Source: Yuukianura sp. NJ FZ-2021 (Eukaryota). From it: a stretch of 64,000 nucleotides of DNA. The stretch's first letter is position 1; each line of letters starts with the position of its first letter. The stretch covers positions 6,696,001 to 6,760,000 of the forward strand of contig CM102290.1 in assembly GCA_046563655.1 (NCBI GenBank), read 5' to 3'. This document shows positions 39,601-51,800 of this stretch, in pieces. The notes below the pieces were generated by a model. The model had not been told where the DNA came from. It made no database searches and saw only the letters and a list, made by a program, of their open reading frames with translations. Made by a program: the position numbers and the translations under genes.

Positions 39601-42600
39601 AATGGATTTTTCGGAGAAAAATTGAGAGTGGTAAATTCGGATGGGCTTTCAGAAGCATAGTATCGGTTTGCAATTTTGACTACTCACAAACCCCAGAGTG
39701 ACTTTTTGCCGAGTTTTTAATGAAAAAAATGGATTTTTCGGAAAAAAATTAAGATTGGAACACTTCAGAATGGCTTTCAGAAACATAATATCGGTTTGCA
39801 ATTTTGAATTCTCTGATAGCCCAGAATGACTTTTTGGAGAGTTTTTGAACAAAATGGATTTTTCGGAGAAAAATTGAGAGTGGTAAATTCGGATGGGCTT
39901 TCAGAAGCATAGTAGCGGTTTGCAATTTTGACTACTCACAAACCCCAGAGTGACTTTTTGGAGAGTTTTTGAACAAAATGGATTTTTAGAAGAAAAATTG
40001 AGATTGGTACACTTCAGAAGGGCTTTCAGAAGCATAATATCGGTTTGCAATTTTGAATTCTCTGATAGCCCAGAATGACTTTTTGGGGAGTTTTTGAACA
40101 AAATGGATTTTTAGAAGAAAAATTGAGATTCGAACACTTCAGAAGGGCTTTCAGAAGCATAATATCGGTTTGCAATTTTGAATTCTCTGATAGCCCAGAA
40201 TGACTTTTTGGGGAGTTTTTGAACAAAATGGATTTTTAGAAGAAAAATTGAGATTGGTACACTTCAGAAGGGCTTTCAGAAGCATAATATCGGTTTGCAA
40301 TTTTGAATTCTCTGATAGCCCAGAATGACTTTTTGGAGAGTTTTTGAACAAAATGGATTTTTAGAAGAAAAATTGAGATTGGAACACTTCAGAAGGGCTT
40401 TCAGAAGCATAATATCGGTTTGCAATTTTGAATTCTTTGATAGCCCAGAATGACTTTTTGGGGAGTTTTTAATGAAGAAAATGGATTTTTCGGAGAAAAA
40501 TTGAGATTGGAACACTTCAGAAGGGCTTTCAGAAGCATAATATCGGTTTGCAATTTTGAAATCTCTGATAGCCCAGAATGACTTTTTGGGGAGTTTTTGA
40601 ACAAAATGGATTTTTAGAAGAAAAATTGAGATTGGAACACTTCAGAAGGGCTTTCAGAAGCATAATATCGGTTTGCAATTTTGAATTCTTTGATAGCCCA
40701 GAATGACTTTTTGGGGAGTTTTTAATGAAGAAAATGGATTTTTCGGAGAAAAATTGAGATTGGAACACTTCAGAAGGGCTTTCAGAAGCATAATATCGGT
40801 TTGCAATTTTGAAATCTCTGATAGCCCAGAATGAATTTTTGGGGAGTTTTTGAACAAAATGGATTTTTAGAAGAAAAATTGAGATTGGTACACTTCAGAA
40901 GGGCTTTCAGAAGCATAATATCGGTTTGCAATTTTGAATTCTTTGATAGCCCAGAATGACTTTTTGGGGAGTTTTTAATGAAGAAAATGGATTTTTCGGA
41001 GAAAAATTGAGAGTGGTAAATTCGGATGGGCTTTCAGAAGCATAGTTTCGGTTTATAATTTTGACTACTCACAAACCCAAGAGTGACTTTTTGCCGAGTT
41101 TTTAATGAAAAAAATGGATTTTTCGGAAAAAATTGAGATTGGTACACTTCAGAAGGGCTTTCAGAAGCATAATATCGGTTTGCAATTTTGAATTCTCTGA
41201 TAGCCCAGAATGACTTTTTGGGAAGTTTTTGAACAAAATGGATTTTTAGAAGAAAAATTGAGATTCGAACACTTCAGAAGGGCTTTCAGAAGCATAATAT
41301 CGGTTTGCAATTTTGAATTCTCTGATAGCCCAGAATGACTTTTTGGGGAGTTTTTGAACAAAATGGATTTTTAGAAGAAAAATTGAGATTGGTACACTTC
41401 AGAAGGGCTTTCAGAAGCATAATATCGGTTTGCAATTTTGAATTCTTTGATAGCCCAGAATGACTTTTTGGGGAGTTTTTAATGAAGAAAATGGATTTTT
41501 CGGAAAAAAATTAAGATTGGAACACTTCAGAAGGGCTTTCAGAAGCATAATATCGGTTTGCAATTTTGAAATCTCTGATAGCCCAGAATGACTTTTTGGG
41601 GAGTTTTTGAACAAAATGGATTTTTAGAAGAAAAATTGAGATTGGAACACTTCAGAAGGGCTTTCAGAAGCATAATATCGGTTTGCAATTTTGAATTCTT
41701 TGATAGCCCAGAATGACTTTTTGGGGAGTTTTTAATGAAGAAAATGGATTTTTCGGAGAAAAATTGAGAGTGGTAAATTCGGATGGGCTTTCAGAAGCAT
41801 AGTTTCGGTTTATAATTTTGACTACTCACAAACCCCAGAATGACTTTTTGCCGAGTTTTTAATGAAAAAAATGGATTTTTCGGAAAAAAATTAAGATTGG
41901 AACACTTCAGAATGGCTTTCAGAAGCATAATATCGGTTTGCAATTTTGAATTCTCTGATAGCCCAGAATGACTTTTTGGGGAGTTTTTGAACAAAATGGA
42001 TTTTTAGAAGAAAAATTGAGATTGGAACACTTCAGAAGGGCTTTCAGAAGCATAATATCGGTTTGCAATTTTGAATTCTTTGATAGCCCAGAATGACTTT
42101 TTGGGGAGTTTTTAATGAAGAAAATGGATTTTTCGGAGAAAAATTGAGAGTGGTAAATTCGGATGGGCTTTCAGAAGCATAGTTTCGGTTTATAATTTTG
42201 ACTACTCACAAACCCCAGAATGACTTTTTGCCGAGTTTTTAATGAAAAAAATGGATTTTTCGGAAAAAAATTAAGATTGGAACACTTCAGAATGGCTTTC
42301 AGAAGCATAATATCGGTTTGCAATTTTGAATTCTCTGATAGCCCAGAATGACTTTTTGGGGAGTTTTTGAACAAAATGGATTTTTAGAAGAAAAATTGAG
42401 ATTGGAACACTTCAGAAGTGCTTTCAGAAGCATAATATCGGTTTGCAATTTTGAATTCTCTGATAGCCCAGAATGACTTTTTGGGGAGTTTTTGAACAAA
42501 ATGGATTTTTAGAAGAAAAATTGAGATTGGTACACTTCAGAAGGGCTTTCAGAAGCATAATATCGGTTTGCAATTTTGAATTCTCTGATAGCCCAGAATG

Positions 42601-45428
42601 ACTTTTTGGTGAGTTTTTGAACAAAATGGATTTTTAGAAGAAAAATTGAGAGTGGTAAATTCGGATGGGCTTTCAGAAGCATAGTATCGGTTTGCAATTT
42701 TGACTACTCACAAACCCCAGAGTGACTTTTTGGGGAGTTTTTGAACAAAATGGATTTTTAGAAGAAAAATTGAGATTGGAACACTTCAGAAGGGCTTTCA
42801 GAAGCATAATATCGGTTTGCAATTTTGAATTCTCTGATAGCCCAGAATGACTTTTTGGTGAGTTTTTGAACAAAATGGATTTTTAGAAGAAAAATTGAGA
42901 TTGGAACACTTCAGAAGGGCTTTCAGAAGCATAATATCGGTTTGCAATTTTGAATTCTTTGATAGCCCAGAATGACTTTTTGGGGAGTTTTTAATGAAGA
43001 AAATGGATTTTTCGGAGAAAAATTGAGAGTGGTAAATTCGGATGGGCTTTCAGAAGCATAGTTTCGGTTTATAATTTTGACTACTCACAAACCCCAGAAT
43101 GACTTTTTGCCGAGTTTTTAATGAAAAAAATGGATTTTTCGGAAAAAAATTAAGATTGGAACACTTCAGAATGGCTTTCAGAAGCATAATATCGGTTTGC
43201 AATTTTGAATTCTCTGATAGCCCAGAATGACTTTTTGGAGAGTTTTTGAACAAAATGGATTTTTAGAAGAAAAATTGAGATTGGAACACTTCAGAAGGGC
43301 TTTCAGAAGCATAATATCGGTTTGCAATTTTGAATTCTCTGATAGCCCAGAATGACTTTTTGGGGAGTTTTTGAACAAAATGGATTTTTAGAAGAAAAAT
43401 TGAGATTGGTACACTTCAGAAGGGCTTTCAGAAGCATAATATCGGTTTGCAATTTTGAATTCTCTGATAGCCCAGAATGACTTTTTGGAGAGTTTTTGAA
43501 CAAAATGGATTTTTAGAAGAAAAATTGAGAGTGGTAAATTCGGATGGGCTTTCGGAATCATAGTAGCGGTTTGCAATTTTGACTACTCACAAACCCCAGA
43601 GTGACTTTTTGGGGAGTTTTTGAACAAAATGGATTTTTAGAAGAAAAATTGAGATTGGAACACTTCAGAAGGGCTTTCAGAAGCATAATATCGGTTTGCA
43701 ATTTTGAATTCTCTGATAGCCCAGAATGACTTTTTGGTGAGTTTTTGAACAAAATGGATTTTTAGAAGAAAAATTGAGATTGGAACACTTCAGAAGGGCT
43801 TTCAGAAGCATAATATCGGTTTGCAATTTTGAATTCTTTGATAGCCCAGAATGACTTTTTGGAGAGTTTTTGAACAAACTGGATTTTTCGGAGAAAAATT
43901 GAGAGTGGTAAATTCGGATGGGCTTTCAGAAGCATAGTAGCGGTTTGCAATTTTGACTACTCACAAACCCCAGAGTGACTTTTTGGGGAGTTTTTGAACA
44001 AAATGGATTTTTAGAAGAAAAATTGAGATTCGAACACTTCAGAAGGGCTTTCAGAAGCATAATATCGGTTTGCAATTTTGAATTCTCTGATAGCCCAGAA
44101 TGACTTTTTGGAGAGTTTTTGAACAAAATGGATTTTTAGAAGAAAAATTGAGATTGGTACACTTCAGAAGTGCTTTCAGAAGCATAATATCGGTTTGCAA
44201 TTTTGAATTCTCTGATAGCCCAGAATGACTTTTTGGGGAGTTTTTGAACAAAATGGATTTTTAGAAGAAAAATTGAGATTGGTACACTTCAGAAGGGCTT
44301 TCAGAAGCATAATATCGGTTTGCAATTTTGAATTCTCTGATAGCCCAGAATGACTTTTTGGTGAGTTTTTGAACAAAATGGATTTTTAGAAGAAAAATTG
44401 AGATTGGAACACTTCAGAAGAGCTTTCAGAAGCATAATATCGGTTTGCAATTTTGAATTCTCTGATAGCCCAGAATGACTTTTTGGGGAGTTTTTGAACA
44501 AAATGGATTTTTAGAAGAAAAATTGAGATTCGAACACTTCAGAAGGGCTTTCAGAAGCATAATATCGGTTTGCAATTTTGAATTCTCTGATAGCCCAGAA
44601 TGACTTTTTGGGGAGTTTTTGAACAAAATGGATTTTTAGAAGAAAAATTGAGATTGGAACACTTCAGAAGGGCTTTCAGAAGCATAATATCGGTTTGCAA
44701 TTTTGAATTCTTTGATAGCCCAGAATGACTTTTTGGGGAGTTTTTGAACAAAATGGATTTTTCGGAGAAAAATTGAGATTGGTAAATTCAGATGGGCTTT
44801 CAGAAGCATAGTATCGGTTTGCAATTTTGACTACTCACAAACCCCAGAATGACTTTTTGCCGAGTTTTTAATGAAAAAAATGGATTTTTCGGAAAAAAAT
44901 TAAGATTGGAACACTTCAGAATGGCTTTCAGAAACATAATATCGGTTTGCAATTTTGAATTCTCTGATAGCCCAGAATGACTTTTTGGAGAGTTTTTGAA
45001 CAAAATGGATTTTTCGGAGAAAAATTGAGAGTGGTAAACTTCGGATGGGCTTTCAGAAGCATAGTAGCGGTTTGCAATTTTGACTACTCACAAACCCCAG
45101 AGTGACTTTTTGGGGAGTTTTTGAACAAAATGGATTTTTAGAAGAAAAATTGAGATTGGAACACTTCAGAAGGGCTTTCAGAAGCATAATATCGGTTTGC
45201 AATTTTGAATTCTTTGATAGCCCAGAATGACTTTTTGGAGAGTTTTTGAACAAAATGGATTTTTCGGAGAAAAATTGAGAGTGGTAAATTCGGATGGGCT
45301 TTCAGAAGCATAGTATCGGTTTGCAATTTTGACTACTCACAAATCCCAGAGTGACTTTTTGCCGAGTTTTTAATGAAAAAAATGGATTTTTCGGAAAAAA
45401 TTGAGATTGGTAAACTTCAGAAGGGCTT
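12640..45428. repeat. Satellite 1: ~125-bp tandem array (124/125/128-bp variants), left part
   Basis: Monomer TTCAGAAGGGCTTTCAGAAGCATAATATCGGTTTGCAATTTTGAATTCTCTGATAGCCCAGAATGACTTTTTGGGGAGTTTTTGAACAAAATGGATTTTTAGAAGAAAAATTGAGATTGG(T/A)ACAC. Artefactual ORFs recur every 125 bp. Confidence 0.99.
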
Positions 45429-45476
45429 GATACAAGCACAGGATTCAGAAAAAGCAATTTAACTCCAAGAGATTGA

Positions 45477-48281
45477 CTAACACAGAGGACCAACTCCCTG
45501 AAAATTGGTCATCAAAATGTAAGATCATACTCCAAAAATTTTCCTCAAATAATGCAGCTCATCGAAGTACATGATTTGGACATCTTGTGTGTAAGTGAAA
45601 CCTGGATGAAACCGAACAAAGTGGAAATCTCGATCCCAGGATTTAAAATGTTTCGAAACGACCGAGAGTACAAAATTGGAGGGGGAGTCGCCATCATCGT
45701 CAAGGACAATATTCACGTCTCCCCTAACATCATGAAATCTGAACAGAAGGACTCCCATCAAATTGAATTCATTGCGCTCAAACTTCAAGTTAATTCAAAC
45801 AAAAGCTTTTTTGTGACTACTTTTTACCGTCCCCCTTTAAAATCACTTGCTATTATCGAAAATGATGTAAAACAAATTGAAAACACACTGTGTAAAATAA
45901 ATGAACAAAATGTTTTCTGCTACTGTGCGGGTGACTTCAATTTGAGTTCCAAACCAGAGATGAAACAACTGAACAAAGTCATCAAATCACACGGCTTTGT
46001 TCAACTAGTCAATGATCCCACTAGGGGAGAAAGAACTCTCGATTTGGTTCTTACAAACCGGCCTTTAAACGTCGCGTCAACAAAGACTGTAGACATGGAC
46101 ATCTCAGATCACTTGGGGACCATTTCCAATCTCCAGATCCTTAAGTCAAAGCCAATTAAAGAGCGGATCCAGTTTAGGGATTACAGAAACATGGACTTTG
46201 ATAACATGGCCAAAAGTGTGGTAGAAATCAACACTTGTGATTTTTCTGACTCCACAACTAAAATGAACCATTTACTACGCTCAACTCTTTCGTGTTTTGA
46301 CAGATATGCTCCAGTGAAGGTAAAAGTCTTCAATCAAGTCACATTCAAAAGACACATTTCTCTCAATACCAAAAAACTCCTATTCAATCGAAAGAAACTC
46401 AACGCCGCAGTGAAAACTGATTCTACGAGGATTCAACTTAAAGAGATGAAAAGACTGATTCGGCAAGCAATTAACAATGACACAAAAAACACCTTCAATG
46501 TAATGATAGCAAAAGAAGGAATCCACCGAACCTTGCAAAATTTCTGCACATTAAAGAAGAAATTCAAGTCAGCCAATCACCAGTTAGATGCCGGAGAAAT
46601 AAACGATTTTCTAGTTGAAATTAGTTCGAAAAATCAAGACACAGAATGTCCTCAAAAACCAATTCTTCCAAAATACAAGCCAATGGAGTTGACCACAAAT
46701 GCACATGAAGTTAGAAAAGCTTGGAAGCTCATGAAGAAAAGGGAATCGAAAACAGAAGACTCAACCGGTATCTCCCCAAAGATGGTAGATTTATGCATTT
46801 ATGCCCCAAATTTCTGTGAAAGTATTACTGATGTAATCAATGCTAGCTTTCTAGAAGCGCAAGTTCCTGTATGCCTCAAATTAGCCAAAGTTATCCCTAT
46901 CCCCAAGTTTACTTCGCCAAACTCACCTAATGAACTTCGACCTATCTCAATTTTACCAGTATTTTCGAAGATCATGGAGAGAATTGTTTTCCATAAATTG
47001 TCCCATCACGTCAAAAGCAACAAAATCGTTCATCCGAATCAATTTGGATTCCGTGAAGGCCACTCCACAACCCATGCACAAATAGCCTTGACTGACCATC
47101 TCTATTCGAACTTCCAAGCCAACAAAATTAGTGCGGTGATAGCAATGGATCTGCGTAAAGCATTCGATACCGTTGATCGAGAAATTTTGCTTGAAAAACT
47201 AAAATGGTATGGTGTCCCATCAGAATGGCTCAAGTCTTACCTTAGTGAACGTGGACAATATGTATCATATAACGGGAACTCATCCAGAATAAGGTTCACT
47301 ACAAAAGGAACACCACAAGGTGGAATCCTGTCACCTCTCTTATTCTCACTCATGATCAACGATCTCTTAGTTGAATTTCACAAAAGGTTTGAGGAATTCT
47401 TGGCGCTATTCGCGGATGACAACACTTTAGTGGTTAAAGGGGATCCGCACAACATAATTGGCTTTCAATCAAAAGTAGAAACCTGCTCGTCATTCATAGC
47501 GGAATGGATGTCAAATAACAAATTCGACTTACATCCAGAAAAAACCAGCATCATGGTCGTTGCAAAACCGAATATCAAGAAATTTACTGAAGGCCTGGAA
47601 TTCACGATCCAGAATATGAAGCTGAAAACAACCAAATTCATCACCAGCCTTGGACTCACCATAGATGATGGACTGTGCTGGGACAAACACATTCAACAAA
47701 CCTACAAAAAATGCTTCAGTGTGATCGTCTCCTGATACCCGCTACAGGATTTACTCTCCATGCATAACCGAAAAATACTAATGATGTCTTACGTCCTATC
47801 AAAAATCTCCTACATGTCGGAGATATAGGGAACTGCAAAAAAACAATCATTGCTGATCTTCGAGAAAGTCATCAGAAGCGCTGGCCGATTCACACTGAAG
47901 AAAAGAAAATTCGACAAAGTCAAGCTCCAAATTACAAATGAACTTAAGTGGCTATTTCCCAGTCAACTTCACGAATTCAAGGTTCTCATGCTCGCATTCG
48001 ACATCCAAGCAGATAAATGCCCACCATATTTCACCGATTATCTTCGCCAAAATGAAGCAAGTACATTTGCAACCCGTTCCGGAGCATACTCCAAATATTT
48101 ACACACTCGATCGTTCAAATCAAAAGCTGCTAAGCTATGGTTTCGCTTGCCGGAAGACATTGCAGAAATTACACTGAAAAATAAATTTAAAAGATCAATA
48201 AGAACTCAACGAGACTCAACTCAAGAAAACGATGTTATGCTTAAAGAGCAAGAAGCAAACCCAAAACGAAGATTCATCTAA
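45477..48281 (+). pseudogene. LINE ORF2: AP endonuclease plus reverse transcriptase, with two in-frame premature stops
   Basis: IGHQNVRS, LCVSETW, GGGV, FYRPP, AGDFN, TLDLV, ISDH; RT motifs RPISILP, QFGFR, DLRKAFDTV, GTPQGGILSPLLF, FADD. Stops TGA 47733 and TAG 47826 (expected W in SEIWG). The same frame continues to 48281. Confidence 0.92.
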
Positions 48282-48531
48282 GATACAATGTTGTCATTAT
48301 ACGAGATAGTGTACTCAGGCGAAAAGATAGTGTTGTCATGTTAACATGTAGTGTTGTCATGCTACGAGATAGTGTGGTCATGTTAAGACATAGTGTTGTC
48401 ATGATACGAGATAGTGGTGTCATGTTAAGACATAGTGTTGTCATGCTACGACATAGTGTTGTCATGCTACGAGATAATGTTATCATGCTACGAGATAGAG
48501 TGGTCATGCTAAGACATAGTGTTGTCATGCT
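48279..48531. repeat. 21-bp minisatellite (~12 copies) in the LINE 3' region
   Basis: GA(C/G)ATAGTGTTGTCATGCTAC-like units; they produce the spurious MTTLSRS/VVMLRHS ORFs. Confidence 0.92.
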
Positions 48532-48813
48532 AATAGCATAATATTAGTAATCAGCTAAGAATACATAATGAACTCAATAATAATTTTAGTACATTAACTT
48601 AAAAAACTAGCAACTAGTATTATAATAATATTTTAATCATTTAAACATTTAATTTAACTTCAATCACTTCAAAGATCTCTTCACAACCTCAATTTTCCAA
48701 TCTCAGCTCACTTAACGATAACTACATTTTGTAATCTTATTCAATTATACACAACGTTTGTTTTGAAAAACCTATCTGGAATGGGATAAATAAACGAAAT
48801 AATAATAATAATA

Positions 48814-51800
48814 ATAATATCGGTTTGCAATTTTGAATTCTCTGATAGCCCAGAATGACTTTTTGGGGAGTTTTTAAACAAAATGGATTTTTAGAAGAAA
48901 AATTGAGATTCGAACACTTCAGAAGGGCTTTCAGAAGCATAATATCGGTTTGCAATTTTGAATTCTCTGATAGCCCAGAATGACTTTTTGGGAAGTTTTT
49001 GAACAAAATGGATTTTTAGAAGAAAAATTGAGATTGGTACACTTCAGAAGGGCTTTCAGAAGCATAATATCGGTTTGCAATTTTGAATTCTCTGATAGCC
49101 CAGAATGACTTTTTGGAGAGTTTTTGAACAAAATGGATTTTTCGGAGAAAAATTGAGAGTGGTAAATTCGGATGGGCTTTCAGAAGCATAGTAGCGGTTT
49201 GCAATTTTGACTACTCACAAACCCCAGAGTGACTTTTTGGGGAGTTTTTGAACAAAATGGATTTTTAGAAGAAAAATTGAGATTCGAACACTTCAGAAGG
49301 GCTTTCAGAAGCATAATATCGGTTTGCAATTTTGAATTCTCTGATAGCCCAGAATGACTTTTTGGGGAGTTTTTGAACAAAATGGATTTTTAGAAGAAAA
49401 ATTGAGATTCGAACACTTCAGAAGGGCTTTCAGAAGCATAATATCGGTTTGCAATTTTGAATTCTCTGATAGCCCAGAATGACTTTTTGGGGAGTTTTTG
49501 AACAAAATGGATTTTTAGAAGAAAAATTGAGATTGGTACACTTCAGAAGGGCTTTCAGAAGCATAATATCGGTTTGCAATTTTGAATTCTTTGATAGCCC
49601 AGAATGACTTTTTGGAGAGTTTTTGAACAAAATGGATTTTTCGGAGAAAAATTGAGAGTGGTAAATTCGGATGGGCTTTCAGAAGCATAGTATCGGTTTG
49701 CAATTTTGACTACTCACAAACCACAGAGTGACTTTTTGCCGAGTTTTTAATGAAAGAAATGGATTTTTCGGAAAAAATTGAGATTGGTACACTTCAGAAG
49801 GGCTTTCAGAAGCATAATATCGGTTTGCAATTTTGAATTCTCTGATAGCCCAGAATGACTTTTTGGGGAGTTTTTGAACAAAATGGATTTTTAGAAGAAA
49901 AATTGAGATTCGAACACTTCAGAAGGGCTTTCAGAAGCATAATATCGGTTTGCAATTTTGAATTCTCTGATAGCCCAGAATGACTTTTTGGGGAGTTTTT
50001 GAACAAAATGGATTTTTAGAAGAAAAATTGAGATTGGTACACTTCAGAAGGGCTTTCAGAAGCATAATATCGGTTTGCAATTTTGAATTCTCTGATAGCC
50101 CAGAATGACTTTTTGGAGAGTTTTTGAACAAAATGGATTTTTAGAAGAAAAATTGAGATTGGAACACTTCAGAAGGGCTTTCAGAAGCATAATATCGGTT
50201 TGCAATTTTGAATTCTTTGATAGCCCAGAATGACTTTTTGGGGAGTTTTTAATGAAGAAAATGGATTTTTCGGAGAAAAATTGAGATTGGTACACTTCAG
50301 AAGGGCTTTCAGAAGCATAATATCGGTTTGCAATTTTGAATTCTTTGATAGCCCAGAATGACTTTTTGGGGAGTTTTTAATGAAGAAAATGGATTTTTCG
50401 GAGAAAAATTGAGAGTGGTAAATTCGGATGGGCTTTCAGAAGCATAGTTTCGGTTTATAATTTTGACTACTCACAAACCCAAGAGTGACTTTTTGCCGAG
50501 TTTTTAATGAAAAAAATGGATTTTTCGGAAAAAATTGAGATTGGTACACTTCAGAAGGGCTTTCAGAAGCATAATATCGGTTTGCAATTTTGAATTCTCT
50601 GATAGCCCAGAATGACTTTTTGGGAAGTTTTTGAACAAAATGGGTTTTTAGAAGAAAAATTGAGATTGGTACACTTCAGAAGGGCTTTCAGAAGCATAAT
50701 ATCGGTTTGCAATTTTGAATTTTCGGATAGCCCAGAATGAATTTTTGGGGAGTTTTTGAACAAAATGGATTTTTAGAAGAAAAATTGAGATTGGTACACT
50801 TCAGAAGGGCTTTCAGAAGCATAATATCGGTTTGCAATTTTGAATTCTCTGATAGCCCAGAATGACTTTTTGGGGAGTTTTTAAACAAAATGGATTTTTA
50901 GAAGAAAAATTGAGATTCGAACACTTCAGAAGGGCTTTCAGAAGCATAATATCGGTTTGCAATTTTGAATTCTCTGATAGCCCAGAATGACTTTTTGGGA
51001 AGTTTTTGAACAAAATGGATTTTTAGAAGAAAAATTGAGATTGGTACACTTCAGAAGGGCTTTCAGAAGCATAATATCGGTTTGCAATTTTGAATTCTCT
51101 GATAGCCCAGAATGACTTTTTGGAGAGTTTTTGAACAAAATGGATTTTTCGGAGAAAAATTGAGAGTGGTAAATTCGGATGGGCTTTCAGAAGCATAGTA
51201 GCGGTTTGCAATTTTGACTACTCACAAACCCCAGAGTGACTTTTTGGGGAGTTTTTGAACAAAATGGATTTTTAGAAGAAAAATTGAGATTCGAACACTT
51301 CAGAAGGGCTTTCAGAAGCATAATATCGGTTTGCAATTTTGAATTCTCTGATAGCCCAGAATGACTTTTTGGGGAGTTTTTGAACAAAATGGATTTTTAG
51401 AAGAAAAATTGAGATTCGAACACTTCAGAAGGGCTTTCAGAAGCATAATATCGGTTTGCAATTTTGAATTCTCTGATAGCCCAGAATGACTTTTTGGGGA
51501 GTTTTTGAACAAAATGGATTTTTAGAAGAAAAATTGAGATTGGTACACTTCAGAAGGGCTTTCAGAAGCATAATATCGGTTTGCAATTTTGAATTCTTTG
51601 ATAGCCCAGAATGACTTTTTGGAGAGTTTTTGAACAAAATGGATTTTTCGGAGAAAAATTGAGAGTGGTAAATTCGGATGGGCTTTCAGAAGCATAGTAT
51701 CGGTTTGCAATTTTGACTACTCACAAACCACAGAGTGACTTTTTGCCGAGTTTTTAATGAAAGAAATGGATTTTTCGGAAAAAATTGAGATTGGTACACT

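Larger units (their letters stand above)
45429..48818 (+). mobile_element. 5'-truncated non-LTR retrotransposon (CR1/L2-group LINE) inserted in satellite 1
   Basis: APE+RT ORF2, 3' UTR, AATAAA at 48789-48794, (AAT)7 tail at 48798-48818. Satellite on both sides, no TSD. Confidence 0.93.

Noticed and set aside
45552..47735. Intact active RT, or a prokaryotic retron / group II intron RT
   Set aside because: The N-terminal APE domain and (AAT)n tail indicate a LINE, and two premature stops plus 5' truncation make it non-functional.
48274..48541. Heptad-repeat peptides MTTLSRS / VVMLRHS
   Set aside because: Products of the 21-bp minisatellite, open on both strands by chance.
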